Shown: piece by piece, positions 61,897 through 64,000 of the stretch
How positions within the stretch are numbered: the first letter of the stretch is position 1
Layout of the letters: the number at the start of each line of letters is the position of its first letter
The notes under the pieces: model-generated
The model's input: only the letters and a program-made list of their open reading frames with translations
Databases searched by the model: none
Told to the model about the DNA's origin: nothing
Made by a program: the position numbers and the translations under genes
Assembly (NCBI GenBank): GCA_028826165.1
Contig: JAPDFW010000147.1
Coordinates: 310,001 to 374,000 of the forward strand
DNA length: 64,000 nucleotides
Origin: Anaeramoeba ignava BMAN
Taxonomy: Eukaryota; Protista; Anaeramoebae
Direction: 5' to 3'

Positions 61897-64000
61897 ATGA
61901 CTGAATTAATTGAAAAACAACACAAACCGTTTGTTCATATTCCACAGAATATAATTCAACAATTAACAACAGGAAAATCTCAACTTAAAATGCGAAACAA
62001 AGCATTTTTCGACATTTTAAAGCTAGTGGACACAAAGCATCCCAGCTCGCGAGCAATTATCAACCGGGCTGAATATGCAGGGAGATCAGGAAAAAAGAAG
62101 GCGACATTCACGTGCACTTTTGAGATTGATGTACTGTCGAAGGAAGAATGGGTAGCAATAGACTTGATGCCAACAAGTGTGGCGTTAATGAAGTATTCGA
62201 TAGTAGGTCCAAGTAAAAGCACAACGGCGTGGATAGGGGCAAGGACGCATCGGCTGTTCTTCATCACGAACACGCATGGCGTTCACACAGTGACTATGGA
62301 GATACTTTGCCGTTATGAGAAAACAAGGGGGAAGCTTCTGAGATTGGACATTCCGATATCAAGAAAAAATCGGATTGAATTCACTGTTCAAAAAAAAACT
62401 AGCGTGCAAATTTATGTCGGTAATTCCTTGAGCGCGGTACAAAAGACAGAGGGGGACAATACTACCTTTGTTTGTGCTATTCCCCCTATTGCCCAATTGG
62501 TCGTTGGTTGGATCGAAAAAGACGAAGAAGAGGAACGCAAAAAGAAAGAGGAAAAAGAAAGGCTTGAAAAGGAAAAAAAAGAGAAAGAAGACGAGAAAAA
62601 GAGACTCATTATAAACGCCGAACAGCATATTCTTCATTCCGTTGGCGATGGAGTCGTCATCTCAGACGCTGTCTTTAAATACACAATTCTGCACGGAACA
62701 AAATCGCGCTTTGATATCCTCGTTCCGGAAAAGGTTCAGGTGCTTTCTGTCGAGGGACGGAATGTGCAGAAATGGGAGATTGTGGAAAAGAAGGAAGAGA
62801 AGGATGATTTGGTTTTAGAACTCGAAAAAAACGGAAAAAACGAGGATCAAAACGAGGACGAGAAAAAAGACGACGAAAAAAAAGACGAAAAAAACGAGAA
62901 CGAAAACAGCAACAATAACAACAACAACAAGAACAAGAATCAGGAGATGCGAGTGTCGAAAACAATCCGGGTCTGGCTCGACACCGTTGTTGAAGGTGAT
63001 TACAATTTGAATGTGATCACGGAATTGCCGATGGAATCATCAAGTGGGAAAATTTATCTTCCAGTATTTAAAAATCTCAATGTTCACAGAGATAAAGGAT
63101 GGATCGGCATCACTGGCAAAACGAACTCTGAAATCAACGAGAAGAACTGCACAACGCTTGCAAAGATCGATGTGAACGAGCTTCCCGAAGCGATGAAACA
63201 ACGATCGCTTGGCGAGAACCTTTTATTCGCTTATAAATTTTTAATTCCTCTTTATAACCTTCTTATGGAAGTCATCCAACACTTGGAAACCGACGTGCTT
63301 ATCGCCGTGATTGACGAGGCGCACATCGCGGCTACACAGACAAACTCGGCAATGATCTTCAAGTGCTCGTTGGTTCTCAGAAACACACAAAGACAATATT
63401 TAAGGATGAAAGTTGTTGACAAAAATTTCCACTTGTGGTCAACACTTGCATCTTCTAAGCCTGTCAAACCCACAATTGACAGGACAAACAACATCATGAT
63501 CCCTCTCGAGAAACGCGGCGCAAATGCCGAGCCGTTTACCATAGAGATTATCTATGTCTGTCCCTCAACCGTCATGAAAGGCAACGGGAAAATTCGCGTC
63601 AACTTTCCCTTATTTGATCTCCCAATTAATGAATTGTTTATCACGTTATTTCTCCCTCGCAATTTTAAGTACTCGGAATTCGCAGGAACTTTAAAAGAGG
63701 TTTCTGTTTTGCAAAAGGGATTCAATAGCGATATTTCAAGGGGTTTGAGAATTTCTTCAAGGAGTCAAGAAAGAGCCTTGAGATCAAATATAAAACCCCA
63801 AATGAGGATGCAACAACAAGTCATGCCCCAACAAATGCTTATGCAGAACATAATGCCGCAACAAATGATGATGCAACAAATGCAACAGCAACCCCAGATG
63901 ATGATGCAACAGCAAGTCATGCAAAATCCATTTTTGGAACAGCAATTAATGCCTCAAATGGATCAACTTAATTCAAATGTTTTCGACTCATTCGAACCAG
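61897..64000 (+). CDS. Intronless uncharacterised protein, about 700 aa so far, truncated by the window edge (absent from ORF track); Q/M-rich at the end of the visible part
   Basis: Open frame from AAAATG at 61897 (MTELIEKQHKPF...) to the window end with no stop. Motifs KGWIGI, IDVNELP, AYKF, RNTQRQYLR, LWST..KPVKP, DLPINEL..LFLP. Confidence 0.85.
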   Translation, partial: MTELIEKQHKPFVHIPQNIIQQLTTGKSQLKMRNKAFFDILKLVDTKHPSSRAIINRAEYAGRSGKKKATFTCTFEIDVLSKEEWVAIDLMPTSVALMKYSIVGPSKSTTAWIGARTHRLFFITNTHGVHTVTMEILCRYEKTRGKLLRLDIPISRKNRIEFTVQKKTSVQIYVGNSLSAVQKTEGDNTTFVCAIPPIAQLVVGWIEKDEEEERKKKEEKERLEKEKKEKEDEKKRLIINAEQHILHSVGDGVVISDAVFKYTILHGTKSRFDILVPEKVQVLSVEGRNVQKWEIVEKKEEKDDLVLELEKNGKNEDQNEDEKKDDEKKDEKNENENSNNNNNNKNKNQEMRVSKTIRVWLDTVVEGDYNLNVITELPMESSSGKIYLPVFKNLNVHRDKGWIGITGKTNSEINEKNCTTLAKIDVNELPEAMKQRSLGENLLFAYKFLIPLYNLLMEVIQHLETDVLIAVIDEAHIAATQTNSAMIFKCSLVLRNTQRQYLRMKVVDKNFHLWSTLASSKPVKPTIDRTNNIMIPLEKRGANAEPFTIEIIYVCPSTVMKGNGKIRVNFPLFDLPINELFITLFLPRNFKYSEFAGTLKEVSVLQKGFNSDISRGLRISSRSQERALRSNIKPQMRMQQQVMPQQMLMQNIMPQQMMMQQMQQQPQMMMQQQVMQNPFLEQQLMPQMDQLNSNVFDSFEP

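Noticed and set aside
61980-63542. Minus-strand ORFs in the GC-richer terminal region
   Set aside because: They are antisense to the long uninterrupted plus-strand ORF starting at 61897.
2152-64000. Alternative genetic code or stop-codon readthrough
   Set aside because: Conserved genes (RPS17, RRP36, RBM8A, proteases, kinase) translate cleanly with the standard code once GT-AG introns are removed.
9076-64000. Inteins, Hint domains, tRNA, rRNA or snoRNA genes
   Set aside because: I saw no C/S...HN intein blocks interrupting conserved proteins and no recognisable structural RNA. A covariance-model search was not possible, so small ncRNAs are not excluded.

Overview
Very AT-rich, gene-dense eukaryotic (protist) nuclear DNA using the standard genetic code and GT-AG spliceosomal introns. 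Most entries in the ORF track are exon fragments or microsatellite read-through. Manual splicing gives about 19 genes: an acid-lipase-like hydrolase, a small multi-TM protein, RRP43, a ~1,800-aa multidomain surface protein, two tandem Dispatched/Patched-like RND proteins flanking a p1 (AMTP1) homologue of the MTA1c DNA 6mA methyltransferase complex, RPS17, RRP36, a five-SH3 adaptor, three tandem CfaD/26-29-kDa-type papain proteases, an MFS transporter, an FHA-kinase (CHK2-like), three tandem small multi-TM proteins, RBM8A/Y14, and a GC-richer intronless ORF that runs off the right edge. Notable genome-level patterns: introns are inflated by intron-specific microsatellites almost free of AG and GT on the sense strand; a strand-oriented, often tandem TTTCATTT Initiator-like motif precedes nearly every start codon; a TCCACTTT motif recurs near acceptors and 3' ends; and a 625-bp MITE-like element lies in one protease intron. 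The style suggests a metamonad such as Anaeramoeba, but this is inference only. Several stretches look like noisy consensus. All homology calls come from motif recognition, not database searches.
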